A stretch of DNA of 64,000 nucleotides, taken from assembly GCA_045863335.1 (NCBI GenBank), contig BTVY01000003.1:1-64000 (forward strand), given 5' to 3'. The position numbers and the translations under genes were made by a program. Shown here one piece after another: positions 39,774-47,612 of the stretch (within the stretch, counting starts at the first letter, position 1; the number at the start of each line of letters is the position of its first letter). This stretch comes from Candidatus Hydrogenedentota bacterium (GTDB lineage Bacteria; Hydrogenedentota; Hydrogenedentia; Hydrogenedentales; SLHB01). The notes beneath the pieces were generated by a model that did not search any database, was not told the origin of the DNA, and worked only from the letters and a program-made list of their open reading frames with translations.

Positions 39774-41174
39774 TCACAACAAGGGCGACACGAGCAGCGC
39801 GAGGTCCTCCGCCCATTGGCGCCCCGGGGTGGCCTTCTCTGGCTTGTACCGGACCGATTCGTTCATGAGCGATTGCATCCACTCCGCGGTGCGCTCAATT
39901 TCCGTGGGCGAATATACGAACAACGCCACTTCGTAGTTCAAGTATAGGCTTCGCACGTCGAAATTCACGGTACCCACCACCGTCAAACGACTGTCGACGA
40001 GAATATGCTTTGCGTGGATCATCTTGTTTTCGCGCAGATAAATCTTGGCGCCGGTTGCTTCCAGTTGGCGCAGGAACCGGCCCCGCGCGAGATCGGCGAG
40101 ATAGTGATTCGACGTCTCCGGCAAGATAATGCGCACGTCGCGTCCCAGACGAACCTGTAAGAGAATCGCTTTGAGCAACCCTTCATCGGGAATGAAGTAC
40201 GGGGTCGTAATCCAGATTCGCTCGTTGGCCTCATAGGTTGCACAGAGGATAGCCTCGTACAAGGGATCGCCAATAACGTCGGGTCCGCTCGCCACCATCT
40301 GCGCCTCGGCATCTCCGTATCCCAACTTCTCCGGCGCTTGCGGATGCCGCAACGATTCCTCATCCGTCGCGAACTGCCAGTCGCTGGCGAAGACGATTGC
40401 CAGATCGTGCGCCGTTGGACCCTTGACCAGCGTCGAGGTGTCAATGAAGCGCGCTTCGTCGCGCTCCGGTCCCATATACTCCTTAGCCAGGTTCATCCCG
40501 CCGATCAAAGCCGTTTCGCCGTCGAAGACGGCAATCTTGCGGTGATTCCGCAGGTTTGCGGACCATTTCCGCCGGAGGGGCAATACCGGCATGAAGATCC
40601 CGACTTCGCCGCCCGCATCCCGCAAGGGATCGACGAAGCGTCCACGCGTCCACATACATCCCAACGCGTCCAGTAGCAGGCGCACTTTGACACCCTCGGA
40701 AGCGCGCTTCGCTAGTCGAGAGACTACGGCTTTCCCGACGTCGTCGCGCCCGAGTATGAACGTCATGATGTCGATGGAGTGTTCTGCGCTGTCGATAAGC
40801 TCGAGGAGACGCCGATAGGCCTCCGTGCCATTCGTGAGAATCTCGACGTGATTGTCCCGTCGTGCAGGGGGCATTCCCGCCGTCAACAGCACGCGCTCGA
40901 TGAGGTTCTCCGGCCGCGACCGGTCCCCGCTGGGCAGGGCTTCGTAAAGGTATCGTTTTCGGCCCGCCCAGCGATAGAGCTTTCGGCCACCGAACAACAG
41001 ATAGGCCGGCACGCCTACGTACGGGATAAGCAGGATCGACAACAACCACGCGATGGAAACCGCGGGGCGGCTTTGCTGGCGCAGGATGCGGGCCATCAGC
41101 AGAAGTCCCAGCGCCAGACCCGCGAAGGTCGTTACATAACCGAGTACCAGCTCGGCAATGGCGCGTGCCGTCAT
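39774..41174 (-). CDS. cls: Cardiolipin synthase
   Basis: RNHRKIAVFDG and HAKHILVD HKD motifs; N-terminal TMs. Confidence 0.9.
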   Translation of the reverse strand: MTARAIAELVLGYVTTFAGLALGLLLMARILRQQSRPAVSIAWLLSILLIPYVGVPAYLLFGGRKLYRWAGRKRYLYEALPSGDRSRPENLIERVLLTAGMPPARRDNHVEILTNGTEAYRRLLELIDSAEHSIDIMTFILGRDDVGKAVVSRLAKRASEGVKVRLLLDALGCMWTRGRFVDPLRDAGGEVGIFMPVLPLRRKWSANLRNHRKIAVFDGETALIGGMNLAKEYMGPERDEARFIDTSTLVKGPTAHDLAIVFASDWQFATDEESLRHPQAPEKLGYGDAEAQMVASGPDVIGDPLYEAILCATYEANERIWITTPYFIPDEGLLKAILLQVRLGRDVRIILPETSNHYLADLARGRFLRQLEATGAKIYLRENKMIHAKHILVDSRLTVVGTVNFDVRSLYLNYEVALFVYSPTEIERTAEWMQSLMNESVRYKPEKATPGRQWAEDLALLVSPLL

Positions 41175-41333
41175 GGAGCGAGCCCGCCGGGAACGCAGGC
41201 GTGGTGGGGCGAGGGTTCCAAATCCGATAGGTTTTGATAGTCCATCATGCCTGCGCTCCAGTTTCGTGACCCATTGTGAATAGAACGTTAGCACGGCACA
41301 CGCGTCCCGGAAAAGGGACGGGCAATGAAACCG

Positions 41334-41362
41334 TTGACTGCAAGGACGCTCCGGCGTATACT
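41334..41362 (+). promoter_or_regulatory. Sigma70 promoter for the riboswitch leader
   Basis: TTGACT (41334-39), 17 nt, TATACT (41357-62). Confidence 0.8.
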
Positions 41363-41369
41363 CAGCCCA

Positions 41370-41530
41370 TCAGTTGAACCGATGCGCGTGGGCCAAGGGA
41401 AGCACGGTGCAAATCCGTCGCAGACGCGCTGCTGTAACCGGCGACGAAAGCCGCAAACCGCCACCATTCGGGGGGATGGGAAGGCGCGGCGAATAGAACG
41501 ACCCGGAAGCCAGAAGACCTGCCCACACGT
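41370..41530 (+). ncRNA. Cobalamin riboswitch 1
   Basis: AAGGGAAgcacGGTGcAAATCCG...GCTGTAA...GCCAC...GGGAAGGC...AGCCAGAAGACCTGCC. Confidence 0.9.
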
Positions 41531-41677
41531 GATGAATGTGTGCGATGACTTCGCGAAACGGTCGTGGCATGATGCGGATCTCTTCAGTTAAGGGAGGGAT
41601 CCCACCCACCCAGGCCTGCATTTCCACCCGTTTCCGAAGACGTTGCTTGCGTGAACTCCGTCCATGGATTTTTGTCT

Positions 41678-41783
41678 ATGGACGGTATGGACATCATGGA
41701 CGATATGGACGGGGAGCCCTGTAAGGACTGCGCTCGAGGTGTCTTTGGTCCATCGCGTCCATACAGTCCACAGCGTCCATAAC
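41678..41783. repeat. Inverted arrays of a 9-mer: (ATGGACnnn)4 and (GTCCAynnn)4
   Basis: 41678-41713 and 41748-41783, read directly. Confidence 0.9.
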
Positions 41784-41804
41784 TCCGCGCGATCGCTCGC
41801 GCGA

Positions 41805-41980
41805 AAGGAGGTGACCCGGCACAAATCGTTTTTGTCCGTTGTGCAAGGGAAGTACGGTGTGAAGCCGTCGCAGTCCCGCTGCTGTAACCGGGGACGAACG
41901 CCGCAACGATAGCCACTGTCCAAGAGGATGGGAAGGCGCGGCGCGAGAGGGATCCGGGAGCCAGAAGACCTGCCATCGGG
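41805..41980 (+). ncRNA. Cobalamin riboswitch 2
   Basis: AGGT...AAGGGAAgtacGGTGtgAAgCCG...GCTGTAA...GCCACTG...GGGAAGGC...AGCCAGAAGACCTGCC. Confidence 0.92.
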
Positions 41981-42027
41981 CGATTGTTCTTGCGGCAACT
42001 TCGAGGAAAAGTTGCAGCGGGAAACGC

Positions 42028-42110
42028 GAGTTTCGCCCTTTCCTGCCTACTTTTCCGCGAGAACGTGAAAGTAAATCATTCGCGCGTAAGGTCGCGCAGG
42101 AAGGAAACTC
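42028..42110 (+). promoter_or_regulatory. Putative anti-SD/SD helix (riboswitch expression platform)
   Basis: gagtttc(gcc)ctttcctgc (42028-46) is complementary to gcaggaaggaaactc (42096-110), just before ATG 42112. Confidence 0.6.
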
Positions 42111-42111
42111 C

Positions 42112-42996
42112 ATGAGAAAGTCCACTCAAACGGTACGCGCCGAATCGCGTGTTCCTCACCATTCAGGGGGTAACGAGAGCGCCGCCTTCACGCTTATCGA
42201 ACTTCTTGTCGTCATCGCCATTATCGGCATTCTCGCCGCGTTGCTCTTGCCCGCGTTGAGCCGGGCCCGCATGAAGGCCCGTTCCATGCAGTGTGTGAAC
42301 AATCTTCGCCAATTGTATCTCGCCAACACCATGTACGCGAACGAGAACAACGGCCGCTATTGTCCGGCGGCGCCGGATATCAACGAAGGATTCGGGGGGA
42401 CGATTCGCTGGCACGGCGTTCGCGAGACCGCCAGCCCGGATTCCGACTTCGACCCGAAGAAAGGGCCGCTGGCGGAGTATCTGCCGGATGGACGCGTGAA
42501 GGAATGTCCCGTGTTCACGGAGTTCCGGAAGCAGGGCGAAGTGCCGAATGCTTTTGAGTCGGGCACCGGCGGCTACGGGTACAACGCCTCGTACATCGGC
42601 GGCACATACTATGAAAACGATTATCTCACGGCGCCCAAAAAGACCACGCCGGACGTGCGCGTCTTCGACCCGGCCAACACGATCATGTTTGCGGACGCGG
42701 CCATGCCGCAGGATGGGTACATCGTCGAGTATGGGTTTCTGGAACCACCGTATTTCGTTACCAACGACGCGCCCGCCGGAAACCCCGCGTGGGGCTTCGC
42801 CTCGCCCAGCATCCATTTCCGGCACGAGTTTCGCGCGAATGTGGTCTGGTGCGATGGGCACGTGACCAGCGAACGTTTTGGTTGGGCGCCGGACTCGCCG
42901 AACATCTTCGGTGGCGAGAATCAGCGCTGGGGTGTGGGCTGGTTCGGCCCCAAAGACAATTCGCTCTTTGATTGCCGGTTTACCGGACAGCTTTAG
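42112..42996 (+). CDS. Prepilin-type N-terminal cleavage/methylation protein with H-X9-DG C-terminus (DUF1559-like pseudopilin)
   Basis: A|[28 protein letters not shown]...CVNNLRQL; YGYN; [16 protein letters not shown]. Confidence 0.92.
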   Translation: MRKSTQTVRAESRVPHHSGGNESAAFTLIELLVVIAIIGILAALLLPALSRARMKARSMQCVNNLRQLYLANTMYANENNGRYCPAAPDINEGFGGTIRWHGVRETASPDSDFDPKKGPLAEYLPDGRVKECPVFTEFRKQGEVPNAFESGTGGYGYNASYIGGTYYENDYLTAPKKTTPDVRVFDPANTIMFADAAMPQDGYIVEYGFLEPPYFVTNDAPAGNPAWGFASPSIHFRHEFRANVVWCDGHVTSERFGWAPDSPNIFGGENQRWGVGWFGPKDNSLFDCRFTGQL

Positions 42997-43021
42997 GGCG
43001 CGGCACCAAGCTCCAGAGCGT

Positions 43022-43780
43022 TTACTCCTCCGTACCGTTCGTCTTCGTTTCCGTTATCAGGACCCGTGCGTTCAGCGGAATCAACTCATAGACTTCGATC
43101 ACGTCGTCGTTGCGCAGGCGAACGCAGCCGTGCGACGACGGCGTGCCGATTCTCTCTTCGTCGTTTGTCCCGTGGATGTAGATGTAGCGGTTGTAAGAGT
43201 CCACGTTGCCGCCCTGGTTCACGCCGGGCTCCTCGCCTGTGAGCCAGAGCAATCGCGTGAGCACGAGATCCTCTTCAGTTTCGTCTCCCGGCTTCCACAC
43301 GCGATTGATGGGTTGTGCCCCTTTGAACACCTGCCCCCACGGCGCGTCGTCGCCAATCTTGCGTTTGACGCTGTGCCAGCCGAGGGGGGTCTGCATGCTG
43401 TTCATGATGAACCCGGTGCCTTTTTCCGCCGTCGCGCATTGCGCTTCCCAGAGGACCTTGCGGCTCTCGACGATTCGGAACATCTGTTCCTCGACGGAAA
43501 CCCAGACGGCCAGACTGTCGCCGACCCATTCATCCCAATAGTGCGCGTCCAGGATAGCCGATTCCTCGGCGGACAAGTCTCGCGGCTCCGAAGTCGTCGT
43601 TTGCTCAATCACTGCGGTTTGCTCCCGTTGGCCGCTCAGCTCCGTTGCGTTCGGGGCCTGTGGTTCTGCGGCGGGTCCTTGAGCCTTGGCCATGACTACC
43701 ACGGCCAGGACAAACGAGATGAAATAGGAAGCCAACGAACATACTCCATGGTCGCTTTCAGGTTGGGATTTCGGCGCCAT
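43022..43780 (-). CDS. L,D-transpeptidase (YkuD family); start approximate
   Basis: TPLGWH, IYIHGT...SHGCVRL. Confidence 0.9.
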   Translation of the reverse strand: MAPKSQPESDHGVCSLASYFISFVLAVVVMAKAQGPAAEPQAPNATELSGQREQTAVIEQTTTSEPRDLSAEESAILDAHYWDEWVGDSLAVWVSVEEQMFRIVESRKVLWEAQCATAEKGTGFIMNSMQTPLGWHSVKRKIGDDAPWGQVFKGAQPINRVWKPGDETEEDLVLTRLLWLTGEEPGVNQGGNVDSYNRYIYIHGTNDEERIGTPSSHGCVRLRNDDVIEVYELIPLNARVLITETKTNGTEE

Positions 43781-43921
43781 GGTACCACCCCGGCCCGCCA
43801 GATTCATCCATTAGCGCGCTCCGTTCTGTCCATGTATTGGCGGTGGAGACCCGGGAATGGGTACGATATGGGTTCTTCCGGACTCGGGAGCTGCAAAGAA
43901 CTTACAGGTGGGAGCGGAGAG

Positions 43922-44956
43922 ATGGTACGATCGTTGGTGGTTGCTTTTGGGGTACTGTATGCGTGGGGCACGATGGCACATGCCACGCCAATCGAGGATC
44001 TGGTGAAGGCGTCAACCGCCTTTCTGGATGCGCTGGACGCCGATCAACGGTCCGCTGCGGTGTTTCCGTTCAACGACGAGGAACGGCTGAACTGGCACTT
44101 TGTTCCGAAAGAGCGCGCCGGGGTCGCATTCAAGTCGATGAGCCCGGAACAGAAGGAACTCGCATTGGACGTGTTGCGAGCCGCGCTCAGCGCGGAGGGC
44201 TATGATAAAGTGGAAACGATCCGCAGCCTCGAAACGGTCCTGCGCGAGATTGAAGGCCGTGACTACCGGGATACGGAACTCTTTTACTTCACATTCTTCG
44301 GAGCCCCCGCCGTGGACGGAGTGTGGGGGTTGCGATACGAAGGACACCACATTTCGCTGAATTGGACTGCCGTTGACGGTGCGATTATAGCGGCAGTTCC
44401 ACAATTTCTCGGAGCGAATCCCGCTGAGGTGCTGAGTGGTCCGATGCAGGGCACGCGCGCCTTGGCGGCCGAGGAAGATCTCGCGCGAACGCTCGTGCAA
44501 TCCCTGAACGAAGAACAGCGCGCCGAGTGTATTCTTCACGAGGCTGCGCCGCCGGACATTGTTACCGGCGCTGCACGTGTCGCGGAAATTCAGGAGCATC
44601 GCGGCCTCGCGTACAGCGCATTGAATGAGGACCAGCAGGGCATTCTCCTCAGCCTGCTTCAGGTGTTCGCCGATTGCCAGCGTCCGGAGTTGGCACAGGA
44701 ACGTATCCAGAAGGTCCGCGATGCGGGGCTGGAATCGGTGAAGTTTGGTTGGATGGGGGGCACGGAAAAAGGGGAGAAGTATTATTACCGCATCCAGGGT
44801 CCGACTTTCATTGTCGAATACGACAACACGCAGAACGACGCCAATCATATTCACACGGTCTGGCGCGATTTCGAGGGGGATTTCGGCCGGGACGTTCTGA
44901 AGGAACACTACGAAAAGCACGCGGACCCTGCGAATTCCGGAGAGCACGAGCATTAG
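43922..44956 (+). CDS. DUF3500 domain exported protein
   Basis: WHFVP, EGHHISLN, YYRIQGP..IVEYDNTQNDANHIHTVWRD; signal peptide. Confidence 0.85.
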   Translation: MVRSLVVAFGVLYAWGTMAHATPIEDLVKASTAFLDALDADQRSAAVFPFNDEERLNWHFVPKERAGVAFKSMSPEQKELALDVLRAALSAEGYDKVETIRSLETVLREIEGRDYRDTELFYFTFFGAPAVDGVWGLRYEGHHISLNWTAVDGAIIAAVPQFLGANPAEVLSGPMQGTRALAAEEDLARTLVQSLNEEQRAECILHEAAPPDIVTGAARVAEIQEHRGLAYSALNEDQQGILLSLLQVFADCQRPELAQERIQKVRDAGLESVKFGWMGGTEKGEKYYYRIQGPTFIVEYDNTQNDANHIHTVWRDFEGDFGRDVLKEHYEKHADPANSGEHEH

Positions 44957-45035
44957 TACCGGGCCCGAAAGCATTCAAACGATTCCATCGCGAAAGCGAT
45001 GGTGGTCGATTGGCTTCTGGTGTATCGGTATCGGC

Positions 45036-45896
45036 GTGTACATCGGCTGCATTTCCCTTATCGGTTGGGAACGGCTGCGGGACGCGATGACGGGCGTCAG
45101 TATTCCGTGGCTGGTCTTAATGACGCTCGTCACCTTCGCAGGGCTCTGGATTCGCGTGGTGAAGTGGCGGCTCGTGCTCGGGAAGGGGTCTAACGCGATC
45201 GGCGTGTTCTTCCTTTCCAAAGCGGCGGGGGAATGGTCGCCCGGCCGCATAGGCGAACTCTCGCCGCTCCTGATCAAGAGACACCGGAACGCGCGTATGG
45301 CTGCTTGGATTGTGGTGGATCGCATTTTGGAGATGGCGGTCACGGTCGGGATCGGTGTCTTGGGATTGGCCGCCGTGCAGGCGCCCAACCGGGGTGTGAT
45401 GATCGTCCTGGCGATCCTCATTGGGATCGCTCTGCTTCTGGCACTATACCTGCTGACGCGCGAACGGCTGTTTCTCGCGATTGCGGGCAGGTTTCCAAGC
45501 GGGCCGTTACACCGTGTCACCGTAGCTGCGGCTCGCGTGAGCAGTGCTACCGCGGCGATGCGCAAAGAGTTGGTTCTGCCTTTGGCGATTACCATTGGCG
45601 CCGGCTGTCTTGACGTTTGGGCCGGCATGCTCTTGTACCAGGCCTTCGGATGGCCGGTGCCGTTTGCGCTGATGGCAACGGCTAAGGGCGTTCATGCGGT
45701 GACGAGCGCGATTCCTATCACCCCCAATGCGACGGGCGTTCCGTACCTGACAACCGCCGTGCTGATTCATGAGGTGGGCGGCGTACCTTCCGGCGTGCTT
45801 GCGGCGGGGATTGCATTGAGCGTGGTCGTCACGAATCTGATCTTCTGGTTGTCTCTTGCGGCGGGCGCCGCGGATTTGCGGAAAAAAACGGCATAG
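45036..45896 (+). CDS. Lysylphosphatidylglycerol synthase TM / flippase-like protein; start may be further upstream
   Basis: R..KW, PGRIGEL, VDRILE, PITP; multiple TMs. Confidence 0.75.
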   Translation: MYIGCISLIGWERLRDAMTGVSIPWLVLMTLVTFAGLWIRVVKWRLVLGKGSNAIGVFFLSKAAGEWSPGRIGELSPLLIKRHRNARMAAWIVVDRILEMAVTVGIGVLGLAAVQAPNRGVMIVLAILIGIALLLALYLLTRERLFLAIAGRFPSGPLHRVTVAAARVSSATAAMRKELVLPLAITIGAGCLDVWAGMLLYQAFGWPVPFALMATAKGVHAVTSAIPITPNATGVPYLTTAVLIHEVGGVPSGVLAAGIALSVVVTNLIFWLSLAAGAADLRKKTA

Positions 45897-46007
45897 CGAA
45901 CAGACCGTAAACCAGGCCGCGCTCATGGTAGTAAAGAGAGCGGTGGGAATGAACGGATTCGGCCGCATGTTCCCTGCTTGCGCGTAAATGAAGGAGCGTC
46001 CTGTCGC

Positions 46008-46943
46008 ATGCGCAGATTTCGATCGACAACCCTGGCTGCGTGTGTTTTTGCCGTGCTTCTTGCGTTCACCGGCTGCCCATGGTCCGACGATACCCGTGGT
46101 GCGACCATCACCGTCGACGGTCAAATCCGGTCGTACTTCATTCACGTTCCTCCCGGGTACGACGGGAAGACTCCGGTGCCCCTGGTTTTCGTACTGCACC
46201 CCTTCGCTTCCACGGGGAAAGGCATTGCTTCGACAACGAAGTTCAGTGCGTTGGCGGACGACGAAGGATTTATCGTTGTATACCCCAACGGCCGCACATT
46301 TCTATGGAACGGCGATCCCACCGACGAACCCAACGGCCCTCCCGAGAAGCGGGACGACGTTGCGTTCATTGATGCGTTGCTCGACGAATTAGTGGTCAAG
46401 TACGCCATCGATTCAGAACGGGTTTATGTGACGGGCGCATCGAATGGCGCACTCATGGCCCAGCGGGTAGCCTGCGAATTGACAGATCGATTTGCAGCCG
46501 CGGCGTCAGTGATGATCACGCTTCCCGTGGGATGGGCGCAGTATTGCCAGCCGTCCGGGCCGATTCCCATGCTATTGATACAAGGCGTAGACGATCCTTT
46601 CTTCCCCTGGGAAGGCGGCACGGTTCAGGAAGGCCCGCTTATGGAAAGCGAGTACGACAGCGCGGCTGACATGGTCGCGTTTTGGGTCGCCAACAACAAC
46701 GCCGCCAGTCCACTCAGTATCGAAGATCTACCGGATACCGATCCGAACGATGGCACGACGGTGTATCGCGAAATGTACTCCGCCGGAATAGATGGCGCCG
46801 AGGTGATATTCTATGGCATCGATGGCGGGGGGCATGCGTGGCCGGGAAGCACCCCGAGCCTGGAATGGCTGGTCGGAACCACGAGTCAGGACATCGATGC
46901 CACGCGGGTGATCTGGGACTTCTTTAAGCAGCACTCGCTGTGA
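46008..46943 (+). CDS. PHB-depolymerase/LpqC-like esterase lipoprotein
   Basis: FTGC lipobox, DDVAFI, TGASNG, GGGHAWPG. Confidence 0.85.
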   Translation: MRRFRSTTLAACVFAVLLAFTGCPWSDDTRGATITVDGQIRSYFIHVPPGYDGKTPVPLVFVLHPFASTGKGIASTTKFSALADDEGFIVVYPNGRTFLWNGDPTDEPNGPPEKRDDVAFIDALLDELVVKYAIDSERVYVTGASNGALMAQRVACELTDRFAAAASVMITLPVGWAQYCQPSGPIPMLLIQGVDDPFFPWEGGTVQEGPLMESEYDSAADMVAFWVANNNAASPLSIEDLPDTDPNDGTTVYREMYSAGIDGAEVIFYGIDGGGHAWPGSTPSLEWLVGTTSQDIDATRVIWDFFKQHSL

Positions 46944-46949
46944 GGTTTT

Positions 46950-47585
46950 TCACCGCTTCCAGGCGAGGGTGACGCCATCGCGCACGGTCAGCATGACGGC
47001 TTCCACTCGCGGATCGGCGACGACGTGCTTGTTGAATGCGTCTACCGCGTGGTCGGACCGCTTCTCGGGCTTCAGTACCCGCCCGCTCCACAAGACATTG
47101 TCAGCGACGATGAGGCCGCCTTGTCTGACCTTGGGCAGCACGGCCTCCCAGTAGTGGATGTAGTTCTCCTTGTCCGCGTCGATGAAGACCATGTCGATGG
47201 GTCCCGTAAGTCCCTCGATGGTCTCCAGCGCGGGCCCGAGGCGTAGTTCGATCTTGCTGCCGTGGGGACTTTGGTTCCAGTGGGTTTGTGCGATGGCGGT
47301 CGCCTCCGGGTCCACGTCGCAGGTGATGAGCTTGCCGTCGGCGGCCATACCTTCCGCCATGCACAATGCGCTGTAGCCGGTGAATGTCCCAATTTCGACA
47401 ACCGACTTGGCATTGAGCATGCGCGTGAGAAGACGCAGGAACCCGCCTTCCACCTTTCCGACCTGCATGCGGTGGTGTTCCATATTCTCTTGCGTGACTC
47501 GCTTGAGATCGTGAAACAAGTCCGCCGGATCAGTCGTATGATGTTCCGCGTAGGCTTCAATATCTTCCGGTACGATGTGACTCAT
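46950..47585 (-). CDS. Cation-dependent O-methyltransferase (CCoAOMT-like)
   Basis: EIGTFTGYS, FIDADK, DNVLW. Confidence 0.92.
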   Translation of the reverse strand: MSHIVPEDIEAYAEHHTTDPADLFHDLKRVTQENMEHHRMQVGKVEGGFLRLLTRMLNAKSVVEIGTFTGYSALCMAEGMAADGKLITCDVDPEATAIAQTHWNQSPHGSKIELRLGPALETIEGLTGPIDMVFIDADKENYIHYWEAVLPKVRQGGLIVADNVLWSGRVLKPEKRSDHAVDAFNKHVVADPRVEAVMLTVRDGVTLAWKR

Positions 47586-47612
47586 ATGGACTCCTAAGGT
47601 CAGCGGATCGAT

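Noticed and set aside
41325-42125. Short ORFs in the riboswitch leader
   Set aside because: They overlap conserved RNA motifs and repeats, with no protein-like features; a leader peptide cannot be fully excluded
42878-43921. 692-aa fusion ORF
   Set aside because: The first half is the antisense shadow of the L,D-transpeptidase; the signal peptide begins at 43922
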